From Nitrospirota bacterium (GTDB lineage Bacteria; Nitrospirota; UBA9217), in the NCBI GenBank assembly GCA_963790205.1, contig CAWBNQ010000001.1, positions 960,001-1,024,000 on the forward strand: a stretch of DNA of 64,000 nt, in the 5' to 3' direction. The notes under the pieces were generated by a model. The model ran no database searches. It was not told the DNA's origin and saw only the letters and a list, made by a program, of their open reading frames with translations. A program made the translations under genes and the position numbers. This document shows positions 38,210-48,337 of the stretch, piece after piece (within the stretch, counting starts at the first letter, position 1; each line of letters begins with the position of its first letter).

Positions 38210-38501
38210 CAGGTCGCCTAACATCGACATTATCGGCGACGACGTGGATGTGTACCTTTCCGTTGAGCGCTCTGGTGAGACGGACCATGGAATCGATAGT
38301 GAAATTGACATCGCCTTTAAAGACTTTTGTCACGTACGCCTGACTGTTTTTAAGAGCGCGTGCCACGTCCGCTTTGGTCTTACCCCGTTGTTTCATGAGT
38401 TGAAAGAGGTCAGAGGTAAACTCCAGTATCGCCTTGCTTGTCCAGTAGGTGTCTTTTGTTTTCGCTGATTCAAACAGCGCGTCGAGAGATTTCTTTTTCA
38501 T
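38160..38501 (-). CDS. HigA-like XRE/HTH antitoxin
   Basis: 'ILEFTSDLFQLMKQRGKTKADVARALKNSQAYVTKVFKGDVNFTIDSMVRLTRAL'. Confidence 0.85.
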   Translation of the reverse strand: MKKKSLDALFESAKTKDTYWTSKAILEFTSDLFQLMKQRGKTKADVARALKNSQAYVTKVFKGDVNFTIDSMVRLTRALNGKVHIHVVADNVDVRRPDAAKKEKKPAVPRKST

Positions 38502-38529
38502 CGTTTTATTCCCCATCATTAATCGGTAC

Positions 38530-38558
38530 ATTATATTAACCTATAGGTTAATAGTCAA
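38530..38558 (-). promoter_or_regulatory. Sigma70 promoter with 20-bp palindromic operator as spacer
   Basis: TTGACT-17 nt-TATAAT; TATTAACCTATAGGTTAATA (38534-38553) is a perfect palindrome. Confidence 0.8.
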
Positions 38559-38715
38559 GGGGAATTACGCGTTTATTTTTTATAGCCTGGAACTCCTCTA
38601 CTTCATACGGCTTTAGGAAAAACACGGTAAATGACGAGATTTTTTTAGGCCGGGAAAAAATTCATCGGGGTTTGTAACGGGTGCGTCTCGGATCGCAACG
38701 TCATAGCGAACATCG

Positions 38716-40647
38716 CTATTCGCCTCTCAATCCCTCGAAAAATTTCCTGAACTCTTCCCGTTCATCGGTGATCCGGCACTTCGGGATCGATTTCAGGAAC
38801 CACTTTCCGTAATTCTTCGTCATGATGCGCGAATCGAGCACGGCAACCGCTCCACGATCGGTTTTCGTGCGGATGAGCCTGCCGAAGCCCTGCCGGAAGA
38901 GGAGCGTTGCCTGCGGGACTTGATACTCGAAGAACGGGTTTTTCAAGAGCTCCATCCGCGCCTCGACGATGGGGTCGTCGGGCACGGCGAACGGAAGTTT
39001 GGCAATGACCACACATTGCAGCGCGTCGCCGGGGATATCGATGCCCTGCCAGAACGACGCGGTCCCCAGAAGGACCGTGTTCGGGACCGCTTTAAACTGT
39101 TCGACCAAACGATACGCCGGCATCTCGCCCTGGCAGAGAACGCCGAGCCCGGGCAGCTGCTGCCTCAGCGTCTCGGCGCTTTTCCTGAGCTGGCCGTAGC
39201 TCGTAAAGAGCACAAGCGTCCTTCCCTTGGCGATGGACAGCACTGCCTTTAGTTCCCCGTCGAAATTTTCCTGGTATCCGGAGGCTTGCTGGTCTTCAAG
39301 CCCCGAAGCGATGTAGAGCATGGCCTGCTCCTCGAAATCAAAGGGCGAGTCGAGGAGCAGCTCCGTGGGCGCGTCGAGCCCGAGTCTGTTCCTGATGTAC
39401 GTGAACGTTCCCGCGGACGAGAGTGTGGCGGAGGTGAGCACCACAGTGTCCTTGCCCCCGAAGAGGTTTTTCCGCAGCGTCTCTGCCACGTCGATGGGCG
39501 AAGCAACGAGGCGATAGCGCGTATTCTCGCGCTCGGCCCAGTACACGAAGCCCTCTTCCTTCTGGCCGAGGTTCATGCGCACCGCGCCGGCGAACGCCTG
39601 GGCCCGCGAGGCGAAGGCCTTCACCTCGAGCTCTTCTTCATGCGTCTCCACCTCGAGTTCGAGGAGCGCGTCCCGGAGCTCAAGCAAAGGATCGCTCAGG
39701 AGGTCGGGGACGATGTTCGCCTTCCTCACCCGGAGCACGGGCTCCTTTTGCACGAAGGGGTGAAGGTTCAGGAAAAAATTGTCCGCAATGACCCGCAGCC
39801 CGTCGACCATGCCGCGGATGAGCTGCACCTCGTGCCCCTGCGACCTGACGCGCGTGAGCATGCCCTTGCGCGTACGTTGGGAGAGGAGCGTGTCGAGAAG
39901 GTAGCGCACCGAGGCATTCGAGACCTCGACGCCGAGGTAGTCCGTGGCCACGTCTTCGACCTGGTGCGCCTCGTCGAAGACCACGGCTTTGTGAACGGGG
40001 AGGACGTTCCCTCCGGTGGCCATGTCCGCGAAAAAAAGATGGTGGTTTGCCACGAGGATGTGGGCCTGCTGCTCCACTGATTTGGCCTTCAGGTAGAAAC
40101 AGTCCCTGTAATACGAGCAGTCCCTGCCGAAGCAGAGGTCCGCCTGGCGGCAGGCCTTGGCCCAGAGAGCGGGTGACGGCTCGATATCGAGGTCGCTCCG
40201 GAGTCCGGTGCGCGTCTTTGTGGACCATTCGAAGATCCGGTTCAGCGCTCCTACCTCGTTCTGTTCGTAGAGGTCGGCCATGCGGAGCTGGTCGAACCTC
40301 CTGAGGCAGAGGTAGTTCTCGCCGCCCACGCAGAGGGCGTAGCGGAAATCGCCGAGCACTTTTTTCAGAAACGGCAGGTCCTTGTCCACGAGCTGCTGCT
40401 GGAGCGCTTTCGTGTACGTAGCGACCACCACGCGCTGGTTCTCGTTGCGCGCCCAGACAATTGCGGGCACGAGATAGGCCAGGCTCTTGCCCACGCCGGT
40501 GCCGGCCTCAACAATGAGATGGGCCTTCGCGCCAAGGGCCTTCTCCACGGCCCCGGCCATTTCGATCTGCTGGGGACGGTGCTCGTAGGCGACGCGCATG
40601 GCCTGCGCGATCATGCCCGTTTCGCCGAAGATCTTGAGTGCATTCAT
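38716..40647 (-). CDS. DinG/YoaA family Fe-S helicase
   Basis: 'RPQQIEM', 'EAGTGVGKS', 'NYLCLRR', 'DEAH', 'SATL', 'FWQGID', 'QGFGRLIR'. Confidence 0.93.
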   Translation of the reverse strand: MNALKIFGETGMIAQAMRVAYEHRPQQIEMAGAVEKALGAKAHLIVEAGTGVGKSLAYLVPAIVWARNENQRVVVATYTKALQQQLVDKDLPFLKKVLGDFRYALCVGGENYLCLRRFDQLRMADLYEQNEVGALNRIFEWSTKTRTGLRSDLDIEPSPALWAKACRQADLCFGRDCSYYRDCFYLKAKSVEQQAHILVANHHLFFADMATGGNVLPVHKAVVFDEAHQVEDVATDYLGVEVSNASVRYLLDTLLSQRTRKGMLTRVRSQGHEVQLIRGMVDGLRVIADNFFLNLHPFVQKEPVLRVRKANIVPDLLSDPLLELRDALLELEVETHEEELEVKAFASRAQAFAGAVRMNLGQKEEGFVYWAERENTRYRLVASPIDVAETLRKNLFGGKDTVVLTSATLSSAGTFTYIRNRLGLDAPTELLLDSPFDFEEQAMLYIASGLEDQQASGYQENFDGELKAVLSIAKGRTLVLFTSYGQLRKSAETLRQQLPGLGVLCQGEMPAYRLVEQFKAVPNTVLLGTASFWQGIDIPGDALQCVVIAKLPFAVPDDPIVEARMELLKNPFFEYQVPQATLLFRQGFGRLIRTKTDRGAVAVLDSRIMTKNYGKWFLKSIPKCRITDEREEFRKFFEGLRGE

Positions 40648-41014
40648 CAGGTTGACAGATTAACACAGCAGGGGCCGGAAAGCAAATGTCAGGTTCATTC
40701 ATGAAAAAATTCGGGAGACAATATATCACTATGGCCGCAGAGACAGGGACGAAAGTTAAAATTTCAAAATCAAAATGTCAAATCAAACCTCAATCGGCCA
40801 ATGCCATCTGATTTGCAAAGCTTTGTCATTTATTCTCCGTGTTGCTGCAGGCTTTGCCAACAAATTATATTTCTAACCGGGTGAACCGCCGTGGTTGCAT
40901 AACACGACAACACCGGGTTTCAAGCAACTCGAACTTGTATTACCCGGTTTTTTTTGGGTTTTTCCCGCCTTTTCCTTGCGCAAATCTTGTTGTTGTGTTA
41001 CTATAACACCTCGT

Positions 41015-42028
41015 ATGCGGACGGTGATTAAGCTCATTATTTTGTGTCTCCTGATGCTGCCCGCACCGGCCTTGCCCGCGGAAAATGGACTGACGGTCAA
41101 GGGGGTGCGGTATTTTTCCTATGCCTCCTTTACCCGTATTGTATTCGAGGTCGAGGCGGCCGCGCCCTACGTCCTTACCAGGGCCACGGATGGCCAGAGC
41201 CTCCTGCTCTCCGCCTACGATGGGACCTTTACGCTCAAGTCACCGCTGCCGTCGGTCCGGGACAGTGTAGTGAGCGGCGTGGAAAAGAAAGAAGACGCCG
41301 GCAGGACCGTTGTCGTCATCCGCCTTGACGCGACTGCCGGCGAAGTGAAGGATTTCGTGCTCCGCGGACCGGACCGGATCGTGGTGGATATCGCCAACGG
41401 CGCGGCCCTTGCTCCCGTACCGCAGCCGGGCAGGCCCGTGGTGGTCGCACTCGATGCCGGCCACGGAGGGAACGACACGGGCATTGTAACGGCGCAGGGC
41501 CAGGAGAAGACGATCACGCTGGAACTGGCGCAGGCAATAAAAAAAATCCTGCAGAAGGACCCCCGCGTGCAAGTGGTCCTGACCAGGGAAAAAGACCTGG
41601 CGCTTTCGCTCAACGAGCGCGCAGCTGCCGCGAACATTGCGGGGGCGTCGGTTTTTGTGAGCATCCACGTTGCTCCGGGAACGAACGACCGGATCTACAT
41701 TCAGGACCCCGGCGAAGACATGGGTGCGCAGGCAGTGCAGCCCATGAGCAGAAATTTCCTCAGCTTCGAAGCCGGCAACGAACAGCGGGAGATGCTCTGG
41801 GGCAGACAGCAGGCCGCGCATGCCCAGGAGAGCAACGCACTCGGCCGCCAGCTCGCGCGGCAACTCAACGGCAAGGACAACGCGCAGCCCTTGCAGGCGC
41901 CGCTCGCGGGCTTGAAGGCAGTTGATGCGGCGGCGGTCATGATCGAGGTCGGGGCGGGGTGCGACCGCGCAAAGGCCGTTGAGGCCGCTGCAAAAGGGAT
42001 CGAGCAGTATGTCCGAGAGAATCGATAG
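41015..42028 (+). CDS. N-acetylmuramoyl-L-alanine amidase (AMIN + Amidase_3)
   Basis: Signal peptide, 'PDRIVVDI', 'LDAGHGG', 'QEK', 'FVSIH', 'MIEVG'. Confidence 0.85.
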   Translation: MRTVIKLIILCLLMLPAPALPAENGLTVKGVRYFSYASFTRIVFEVEAAAPYVLTRATDGQSLLLSAYDGTFTLKSPLPSVRDSVVSGVEKKEDAGRTVVVIRLDATAGEVKDFVLRGPDRIVVDIANGAALAPVPQPGRPVVVALDAGHGGNDTGIVTAQGQEKTITLELAQAIKKILQKDPRVQVVLTREKDLALSLNERAAAANIAGASVFVSIHVAPGTNDRIYIQDPGEDMGAQAVQPMSRNFLSFEAGNEQREMLWGRQQAAHAQESNALGRQLARQLNGKDNAQPLQAPLAGLKAVDAAAVMIEVGAGCDRAKAVEAAAKGIEQYVRENR

Positions 42029-42605
42029 AAGGATCAATGGCAGCCGGTCGCTGATCTGGTTGCTTGTCGCGATTTTCGCTGTTGCCGCTGCCGGGGTTTT
42101 CGTCTGGCTGCGTCTGAACGCACCGAACCCGCAGCAGAATCAGACGGCGCAGGCACCATCGTTGCTCGCGCAGCCGGCACGTCCCGCTGAGCCGCTTACC
42201 ATAACGCTCTACTATCCCGCGGACGGCGCGCTCGCAACGGGAACTGCCGCGGTCACGCGACAGCCCGACCCGCAGGCGCAGGCGCGCGAGGCGTTGGGTG
42301 CCGCGCTCGCGGACCCGCGCGTGCTGCAGACTGCGGTGTTCAGGGAACTGAAGATCAGAGAGCTCTTTCTCGACGCCTCAGGCACTGCTTATGTCGATCT
42401 CTCTTCCGCCCAGCAGAACGGCGTAACGGCATCGGCCTGGGAAGAGCTCCTGGCGATCTATTCCATGGTAAACACGCTCAGGCAGAATTTCGAGGAGATC
42501 AAGCAGGTCCGCTTTCTGCTCGAGGGCAAAGAGGCGCAGACGCTCGCGGGACATATGGACCTGTCGAGAAAGTTCGACAAGCGGATGGATCTGGTGAAGC
42601 AATAA
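42009..42605 (+). CDS. GerMN domain protein
   Basis: N-terminal TM, 'GTAYVDLS', 'IYSMVNTL', 'VRFLLEG...TLAGHMDL'. Confidence 0.85.
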   Translation: MSERIDRRINGSRSLIWLLVAIFAVAAAGVFVWLRLNAPNPQQNQTAQAPSLLAQPARPAEPLTITLYYPADGALATGTAAVTRQPDPQAQAREALGAALADPRVLQTAVFRELKIRELFLDASGTAYVDLSSAQQNGVTASAWEELLAIYSMVNTLRQNFEEIKQVRFLLEGKEAQTLAGHMDLSRKFDKRMDLVKQ

Positions 42606-42755
42606 ACCTGAGACCGGAAACCGGTCTCAGAAACTCTCAGCACCAAGCGCGAAATCCTAAATAATTATCAAATTCTCATGTGATAAAGAATTTCGGACTT
42701 ATTTTATTTGATAGTATTCAGGGTGTCGAATTCCGGATTTAGAATTTCAGGGACT

Positions 42756-43559
42756 ATGCAAAAAGCAATCGGCATATTCGATTCCGGCATCGGCGGGCTC
42801 ACGGTGCTCAAGGAGATCGTGGCGACGCTGCCCCGGGAGAACATCATCTATCTCGGGGACACGGCGCGCGTTCCCTATGGCATCCGTTCGCCCGAGACCG
42901 TCACGCGCTACAGCTTCGAGAACACGCAGTTCCTGCTTTCCCAGGAGATCAAGATGCTTGTCGTCGCCTGCAACACCGCATCGGCTGTCAGTCTCGGAGC
43001 GGTGAAGAAGGAGTACCCCCTTCCGGTCGTCGGCGTGCTCGAGCCCGGGGCGCGGGCCGCGGTGGCGGCCACGAAGACCCGGAAGGTGGGCGTGATCGGC
43101 ACGGAGGCCACGATCAACAGCGGCGCCTATGCGAAGGAGATCAAACGGCTGGCGCCCGATATCGAGGTCCATAGCCTTGCATGCCCGCTTTTCGTCTCGC
43201 TGGCCGAAGAGGGGTGGACGGACAACGACGTGGCTGCGCTCGTGGCCGGGAAGTATCTCGCGCCGCTGCGGGGCACGGGCATCGACACGCTGGTGCTCGG
43301 CTGCACGCATTATCCTTTGCTCAAGGCGGTGATCAGCAGGGCCGTGGGCCCGGAAATAGTCTTGATCGATTCGGCGACTGAAACAGCCAAAGAAGTTGCG
43401 GACGTGCTCGAAAAGCTCAAGTGGCGGGGGAACGGCCGGGGCGAGGGTTTGCGGAAATTCTACGTGACCGATTCGCCGGCGCGCTTCGAGACCATCGGAA
43501 AGCGGTTCCTCGGCGATCCCTCGCTTCGCGCCGAGCAGGTCAAGGTTGGGGGGGTGTAA
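42756..43559 (+). CDS. murI: Glutamate racemase
   Basis: 'GIFDSGIGGLTV', 'PYG', 'VACNTAS', 'LGCTHYP'. Confidence 0.97.
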   Translation: MQKAIGIFDSGIGGLTVLKEIVATLPRENIIYLGDTARVPYGIRSPETVTRYSFENTQFLLSQEIKMLVVACNTASAVSLGAVKKEYPLPVVGVLEPGARAAVAATKTRKVGVIGTEATINSGAYAKEIKRLAPDIEVHSLACPLFVSLAEEGWTDNDVAALVAGKYLAPLRGTGIDTLVLGCTHYPLLKAVISRAVGPEIVLIDSATETAKEVADVLEKLKWRGNGRGEGLRKFYVTDSPARFETIGKRFLGDPSLRAEQVKVGGV

Positions 43560-43630
43560 TGGACCGGATGCGAATTGAACATGATCCACACCACAAGACA
43601 AGCAGTCATAAGCTTGATAAGGCGAGCTCC

Positions 43631-44497
43631 ATGAAAAAGGAATGCGCCACTACCAGGAAGTCGCTGCGCAAATACCTGCACGGACATTTGTTTAAGCTCC
43701 AGAAGATCAGGGTGGAACGGCACCTGAAGACCTGCGTGGTCTGCTCCTCCGAGTACCAGGCGCTCAAACAGGAAAGCGAAACCCGTCAGATACTGAAGGA
43801 CATTACCCCGCCCGAGGGCCTGGTACAGCAATTGAAAGAGGGCGCGTCCGCGCTGGCAAAGCTCAAGAAACTTTTGTACCGGCCGCTCTGGCTTGCGGCG
43901 ATCGTCGGCATCGTCGCCCTTGTCTCCGTAAACCTCGCGTCCCGCCACAGGGACCTGGAAATCGAGAACCTCGAGAAGTCCTTGCCGCCTCCTGCTGCGC
44001 CTTTAGCGGCGGTCGCGTCGGCGCCGACCGTGACGCATGCTGCCATGCCTGTGCAGCCGGCTCCCGTACGTCCGGCTGCGGCACCGCCATCCGCTCACAG
44101 GCCTGTTTCGGAAGCACCGGCCGTCGAACCCCTCGTGATCACGGTCACGCCTGAGAACGAACAAACCGCCATACCGCGTATCAATGAGGTCATGAGGCGG
44201 CACGGTTCGCTCCGGAAGCTCCAGTTCAGCGATACCGTTCGGGAGATTTCCGGGAGTCTGACGGGGAAAGAAATGGCTACGTTCTTTAACCGGATCGAAT
44301 CAGCCGGGAAGGTGACGTATAGCCGGAAGAAATCCGAATTTATTCAGAGCGTGCACCCCATCCCTTTTATCATGAAGCTGAAGCCCGCTTCCAAAATCGC
44401 CGGGCCGTCGTCGACCCAGGCCGCACCGATGGAGTATAAACCCGCGGAAACGTCGGCAGAGCCCGCATCAACTTCTACGCCAACGTCCCTCCCGTAA
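43631..44497 (+). CDS. zf-HC2 (anti-sigma-like zinc finger) membrane protein; start may be 43559
   Basis: 'C...YLHGHL...VERHLKTCVVC', one TM, Pro/Ala-rich linker. Confidence 0.7.
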   Translation: MKKECATTRKSLRKYLHGHLFKLQKIRVERHLKTCVVCSSEYQALKQESETRQILKDITPPEGLVQQLKEGASALAKLKKLLYRPLWLAAIVGIVALVSVNLASRHRDLEIENLEKSLPPPAAPLAAVASAPTVTHAAMPVQPAPVRPAAAPPSAHRPVSEAPAVEPLVITVTPENEQTAIPRINEVMRRHGSLRKLQFSDTVREISGSLTGKEMATFFNRIESAGKVTYSRKKSEFIQSVHPIPFIMKLKPASKIAGPSSTQAAPMEYKPAETSAEPASTSTPTSLP

Positions 44498-44544
44498 GCG
44501 ACCGGGGAGGGGAAGACAAAAAATGAAACGGATTGCATACGAGT

Positions 44545-45891
44545 ATGCCCCCTGACAGTTCATACCGGGAAACCATCGAGTATCTCTACGCGCTCCAGAA
44601 GCACGGCATCAAGCTCGCTCTTTCCAACAGCGTGACGCTCATGGAAGTCATGGGCAATCCGCACCGGAAGTTCCGCTCCGTGCATGTTGCCGGTACAAAC
44701 GGCAAAGGATCGACTTCAGCGTTCATGGCGAGCATGCTTCGCGCCGCCGGATACCGCGTCGGGCTCTACACCTCGCCGCACCTGGTCAGCTTTACCGAGC
44801 GGATCAGGATCAACAACGTGCCGATCACCGAGGCAAGGACGGTGGAGCTGGCGCAAAGAGTCCGCGAGGGGTATCAACGGCCCTCAACCGGCGGGACCGC
44901 GGCGCTCAATCCGACGTTCTTCGAGGTGACGACGGCGATGGCGTTCACCTGTTTTGCCGAAGAAGGCGTGGATATCGCCGTGGTCGAAACGGGAATGGGC
45001 GGCCGGCTCGATGCGACGAACGTGATCACGCCGCTCGTAACGGTGATCACGAACGTCGACCTCGAGCATACCGAGTTCCTCGGCGACACGCTTGAGCTGA
45101 TCGCCGGTGAGAAGGCCGGCATCATCAAGTCCGGCGTGCCCGTGGTCACCGGAGCGGTGCAGCCTGCGGTCATTCGCGTTATAATGCGCGAGGCCGCGGC
45201 CCGGCAGGCCCCGGTCTACCGGCTGCCTGACGATTTCAATTGCGAGCGTATTTCATCGGGGCGCGAGCAGCGGTTTCATTACCGCGGCATCAAGGCTGCC
45301 TGCGATGGACTTACGATCACCCTGCCCGGCAGCTATCAGGTGGACAATGCCTGTCTCGCCCTGGCCTCGATAGAATGCCTGCGCGAAACGGGCATCCCGG
45401 TCGATGAACACGCGCTGCGTTTCGGCCTCGAGCAGGCGCTATGGGAAGGCCGCTTGGAACGGGTCGCGCACAAGCCGGACCTTTATCTCGACGGAGCGCA
45501 TAATCCCGCATCGGCACGGATGCTTGCGGACGCTGTACGCGATATGAAGCGTGCATACCAACGCCTCGTCCTGGTTATCGGGATACTCGGAGACAAGGAT
45601 TACCGGGGGATCGTATCCGAGCTTGTTCCGCTTGCTGACCACGTGATCGTCACCAAGCCGGAGTATTCGAGGGCCATGGACGTCGCCGCACTCTCCTCGG
45701 AAGTGCGGACACTGCACGGTTCTGTGGAGACGGCGGAGACCGTGAGCAAGGCGATCGTTGCGGCGCAAGCAATAGCCGCTCCGGACGACCTGATCCTGAT
45801 CACCGGATCGCTGTACGTCGTGGGAGATGCCCGGGCGGCAATCGTTGAGCACGATCGAAAGGCGCAGGCACTCTCGGGCTTGAAGGGATGA
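44545..45891 (+). CDS. folC: Folylpolyglutamate synthase/dihydrofolate synthase
   Basis: 'HVAGTNGKGS', 'YTSPHL', 'ETGMGGRLDATN', 'EKAGI', 'LDGAHNP'. Confidence 0.96.
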   Translation: MPPDSSYRETIEYLYALQKHGIKLALSNSVTLMEVMGNPHRKFRSVHVAGTNGKGSTSAFMASMLRAAGYRVGLYTSPHLVSFTERIRINNVPITEARTVELAQRVREGYQRPSTGGTAALNPTFFEVTTAMAFTCFAEEGVDIAVVETGMGGRLDATNVITPLVTVITNVDLEHTEFLGDTLELIAGEKAGIIKSGVPVVTGAVQPAVIRVIMREAAARQAPVYRLPDDFNCERISSGREQRFHYRGIKAACDGLTITLPGSYQVDNACLALASIECLRETGIPVDEHALRFGLEQALWEGRLERVAHKPDLYLDGAHNPASARMLADAVRDMKRAYQRLVLVIGILGDKDYRGIVSELVPLADHVIVTKPEYSRAMDVAALSSEVRTLHGSVETAETVSKAIVAAQAIAAPDDLILITGSLYVVGDARAAIVEHDRKAQALSGLKG

Positions 45892-46129
45892 GATAAGGCA
45901 ATGCCCCGGCAGAATTTGTCCGGACGGCGCTCTGCCGCGTAAAACGTAGAGCAGAGTTGAAAGCCTTCTGTACATGCGAAGCATGGTAACTGCCCAGGGA
46001 AGCTACTTCGCCCCGGCGCAAGGCGCGCTTGTTTGTACCTGTGCTCAACTCCGGCCTGAGTAATTGCGAAACATGATGGTTTTCGATTTCTAACGAGGTG
46101 ACCGGAATGCGGAGTGAAAAAGTAATGAT

Positions 46130-48181
46130 ATGACGCGCGGCACCGTGCTCATTCTGATAGTTCTTTTATTCACCGGCTTAGTGGCCGGTCTGCCCCTGCA
46201 CGCCCGCGCCGATGAAATCCCGAAGAAGATCCTCGTCACCGTGAATGCCGACAAGCTCGACTATGACCGGGCCAATGACGTGTATGTTGCCGTGGGACAC
46301 GTGCGGGTCGAACAGGAAGGGATGAGGGTAGAAGCGGACAAGATCGTCCTGAACAATAAGACCGGTGAGGCCGTGGCCGAAGGCAAGGTGTACCTCCAGG
46401 AAAAGGGGGACATTATCCGCGCCGACAAATTGCAGATCAACATCAATACCAAGTCGGGGGTAATCTACAACGGCGACCTGTTCATGAGCAAGGATAATCT
46501 GCACATCAAGGGCGAGAAGATCGAAAGGAAATCCGAGACCGAGTACCATGTGGAGAAGGGTACGTTCACGACCTGCGATGAGGGCGAGTGGTACCTCAAG
46601 GCGGACATAATCGACCTGGACATGGACCGGTATGCAACCGGCAGGGGCGTCTCGTTCAACATGGGCGGAGTCCCCGTTCTTTACACTCCCTATCTCCTCT
46701 TCCCGGTGCGGAGGCAGACCGGTCTCCTGATTCCCGAAGCCGGGTACAGCAGCAGCGAGGGGTTCCTGATGAAGAACTCCTTTTTCTGGGCCCTATCGGA
46801 CTCCCAGGACATGACCTTCTATTCGGACTATCGTGCCCGGCACGGGCTCGGTACGGGCGTTGAATATCGTTACATCAACTCCCGTGATTCCAGCGGCAAG
46901 GTCTTTTATAACTACTTCGACACCTTCAGCCGGTTCCGGGACCTCAATACCCCCGGTACCCCGAATGACCGCTGGCAGTTCTCGTTCGAGCACCATGAGG
47001 AGATCGCCGAGGACCTTTCCGTCCGGGCCGATATCAATCTGGTAAGCGATTTCTCCTACTTCACCGACATCGAGACGAAGAGTCTCGAGCTGCGGTCCCG
47101 GCCCTACCTCGACTCGAACCTTTTTTATATCGAGCGATGGGACACGTCGTCGCTCAATCTCCTGGGACAGTACGCCATTGATCTCACACAAAAAAGCAAT
47201 GAAAACACGATCCAGAAACTGCCTGAACTGCGCTACAATATTTTTGAAGAAAAAATCGCCGGACCGGTTTACTTGAACTTCGACGGCTCGGCGGCCAATT
47301 TTTCCGCGCCGGCCGGGGTGAGCGTCATGCGCGCCGATTTCAACCCCAGGCTTTCGGCAACCTTCGGCAGCGGCTTGACGTTCACGCCGCGCGCGGGCGT
47401 GCGGGCTACCTATTACGACCGGAGCCTCACTTCGTCGGAACCCGCGGAGCGCAAGTTCTATTACGCGGGCGCCGATTTGAACGCACGGTTCTCCCGCGTC
47501 TACGGCACGGACAGCGACCTGGGGATCGGGCGCGTCAGGCACTCGGTCGAGCCGAGCATCTCCTATAACTACATACCCGAGTTCGACCAGACGAGCATAC
47601 CGCAGCTGGACGTCGTCGATACCGTCACTCCGCAGAACCTCGCCAGCGTCTCGCTCATCAACCGACTGACCGCGCATTATAAAGATGCCGCGGGATCGAG
47701 GTCCTTTGACCTGATGGTATTCAGGCTTTCGGAGTCCTACGATCTCAGTAAAGCGAGGAGCGCCGATGCCGCAGCCGCGCAGCCACGCTCGGAGCTTCGC
47801 GGAGAACTCTACATTAAAACTCCTAAACTGTTGACCCTTTCGGCTATAGCGAACTATAATACTTATACCCGTGAAGTTGTTTCGTCCTCCGAGGGCGTGA
47901 GTATCGCCACCGACCCGGTGAAGTTTAATGTCACCCACCAGTATCTTCGCGAGCCGGAAACAGAATATCTGATCGGCAGCACGGATATCAAACTCGGGAA
48001 ATGGGACGTCCTCGGGCAGATATGGCGCGATCTGGTGCTGGAAAGGAACACCCAGCAGGAGTATCAACTCCACTACGCCTCCCAATGCTGGGGCCTCGGC
48101 ATCATGTACGTCGCCAAGCCGGGAGAGAAGCAGTATCTGCTGACGCTCGATCTCAAGGGGCTGGGAGCGCTGAAGTTTTAA
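46130..48181 (+). CDS. lptD: LPS-assembly protein LptD
   Basis: Signal peptide, OstA-like N-terminal domain, 'FTTC', 'RQTGLLIP', beta-barrel ending 'QCWG...LKGLG'. Confidence 0.9.
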   Translation: MTRGTVLILIVLLFTGLVAGLPLHARADEIPKKILVTVNADKLDYDRANDVYVAVGHVRVEQEGMRVEADKIVLNNKTGEAVAEGKVYLQEKGDIIRADKLQININTKSGVIYNGDLFMSKDNLHIKGEKIERKSETEYHVEKGTFTTCDEGEWYLKADIIDLDMDRYATGRGVSFNMGGVPVLYTPYLLFPVRRQTGLLIPEAGYSSSEGFLMKNSFFWALSDSQDMTFYSDYRARHGLGTGVEYRYINSRDSSGKVFYNYFDTFSRFRDLNTPGTPNDRWQFSFEHHEEIAEDLSVRADINLVSDFSYFTDIETKSLELRSRPYLDSNLFYIERWDTSSLNLLGQYAIDLTQKSNENTIQKLPELRYNIFEEKIAGPVYLNFDGSAANFSAPAGVSVMRADFNPRLSATFGSGLTFTPRAGVRATYYDRSLTSSEPAERKFYYAGADLNARFSRVYGTDSDLGIGRVRHSVEPSISYNYIPEFDQTSIPQLDVVDTVTPQNLASVSLINRLTAHYKDAAGSRSFDLMVFRLSESYDLSKARSADAAAAQPRSELRGELYIKTPKLLTLSAIANYNTYTREVVSSSEGVSIATDPVKFNVTHQYLREPETEYLIGSTDIKLGKWDVLGQIWRDLVLERNTQQEYQLHYASQCWGLGIMYVAKPGEKQYLLTLDLKGLGALKF

Positions 48182-48197
48182 TCGTCACTCCGGGTTG

Positions 48198-48274
48198 AAT
48201 TCCCCGCCGCTTGCGGCGTAATGGGTTTTGATACGGTTCTTAATACCCCGCTGCTTGCGGCGAGGAAGTTTATT
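48198..48274. mobile_element. Miniature IS200/IS605-end-like element without transposase
   Basis: Direct copies CCCCGCCGCTTGCGGCG (48202-48218) and CCCCGCTGCTTGCGGCG (48246-48262), each a hairpin. Confidence 0.45.
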
Positions 48275-48337
48275 TGTTGGATAGTATCCGGTATTTTCGG
48301 TTCCGGATTATGAAAGCACGCAGTTTCAGGAGGAGAC

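Noticed and set aside
38175..38215. Programmed -1 frameshift fusing the antitoxin to the SecB-like ORF at the AAA AAG run
   Set aside because: The SecB-like frame is +1 relative to the antitoxin, so -1 slippage would not join them
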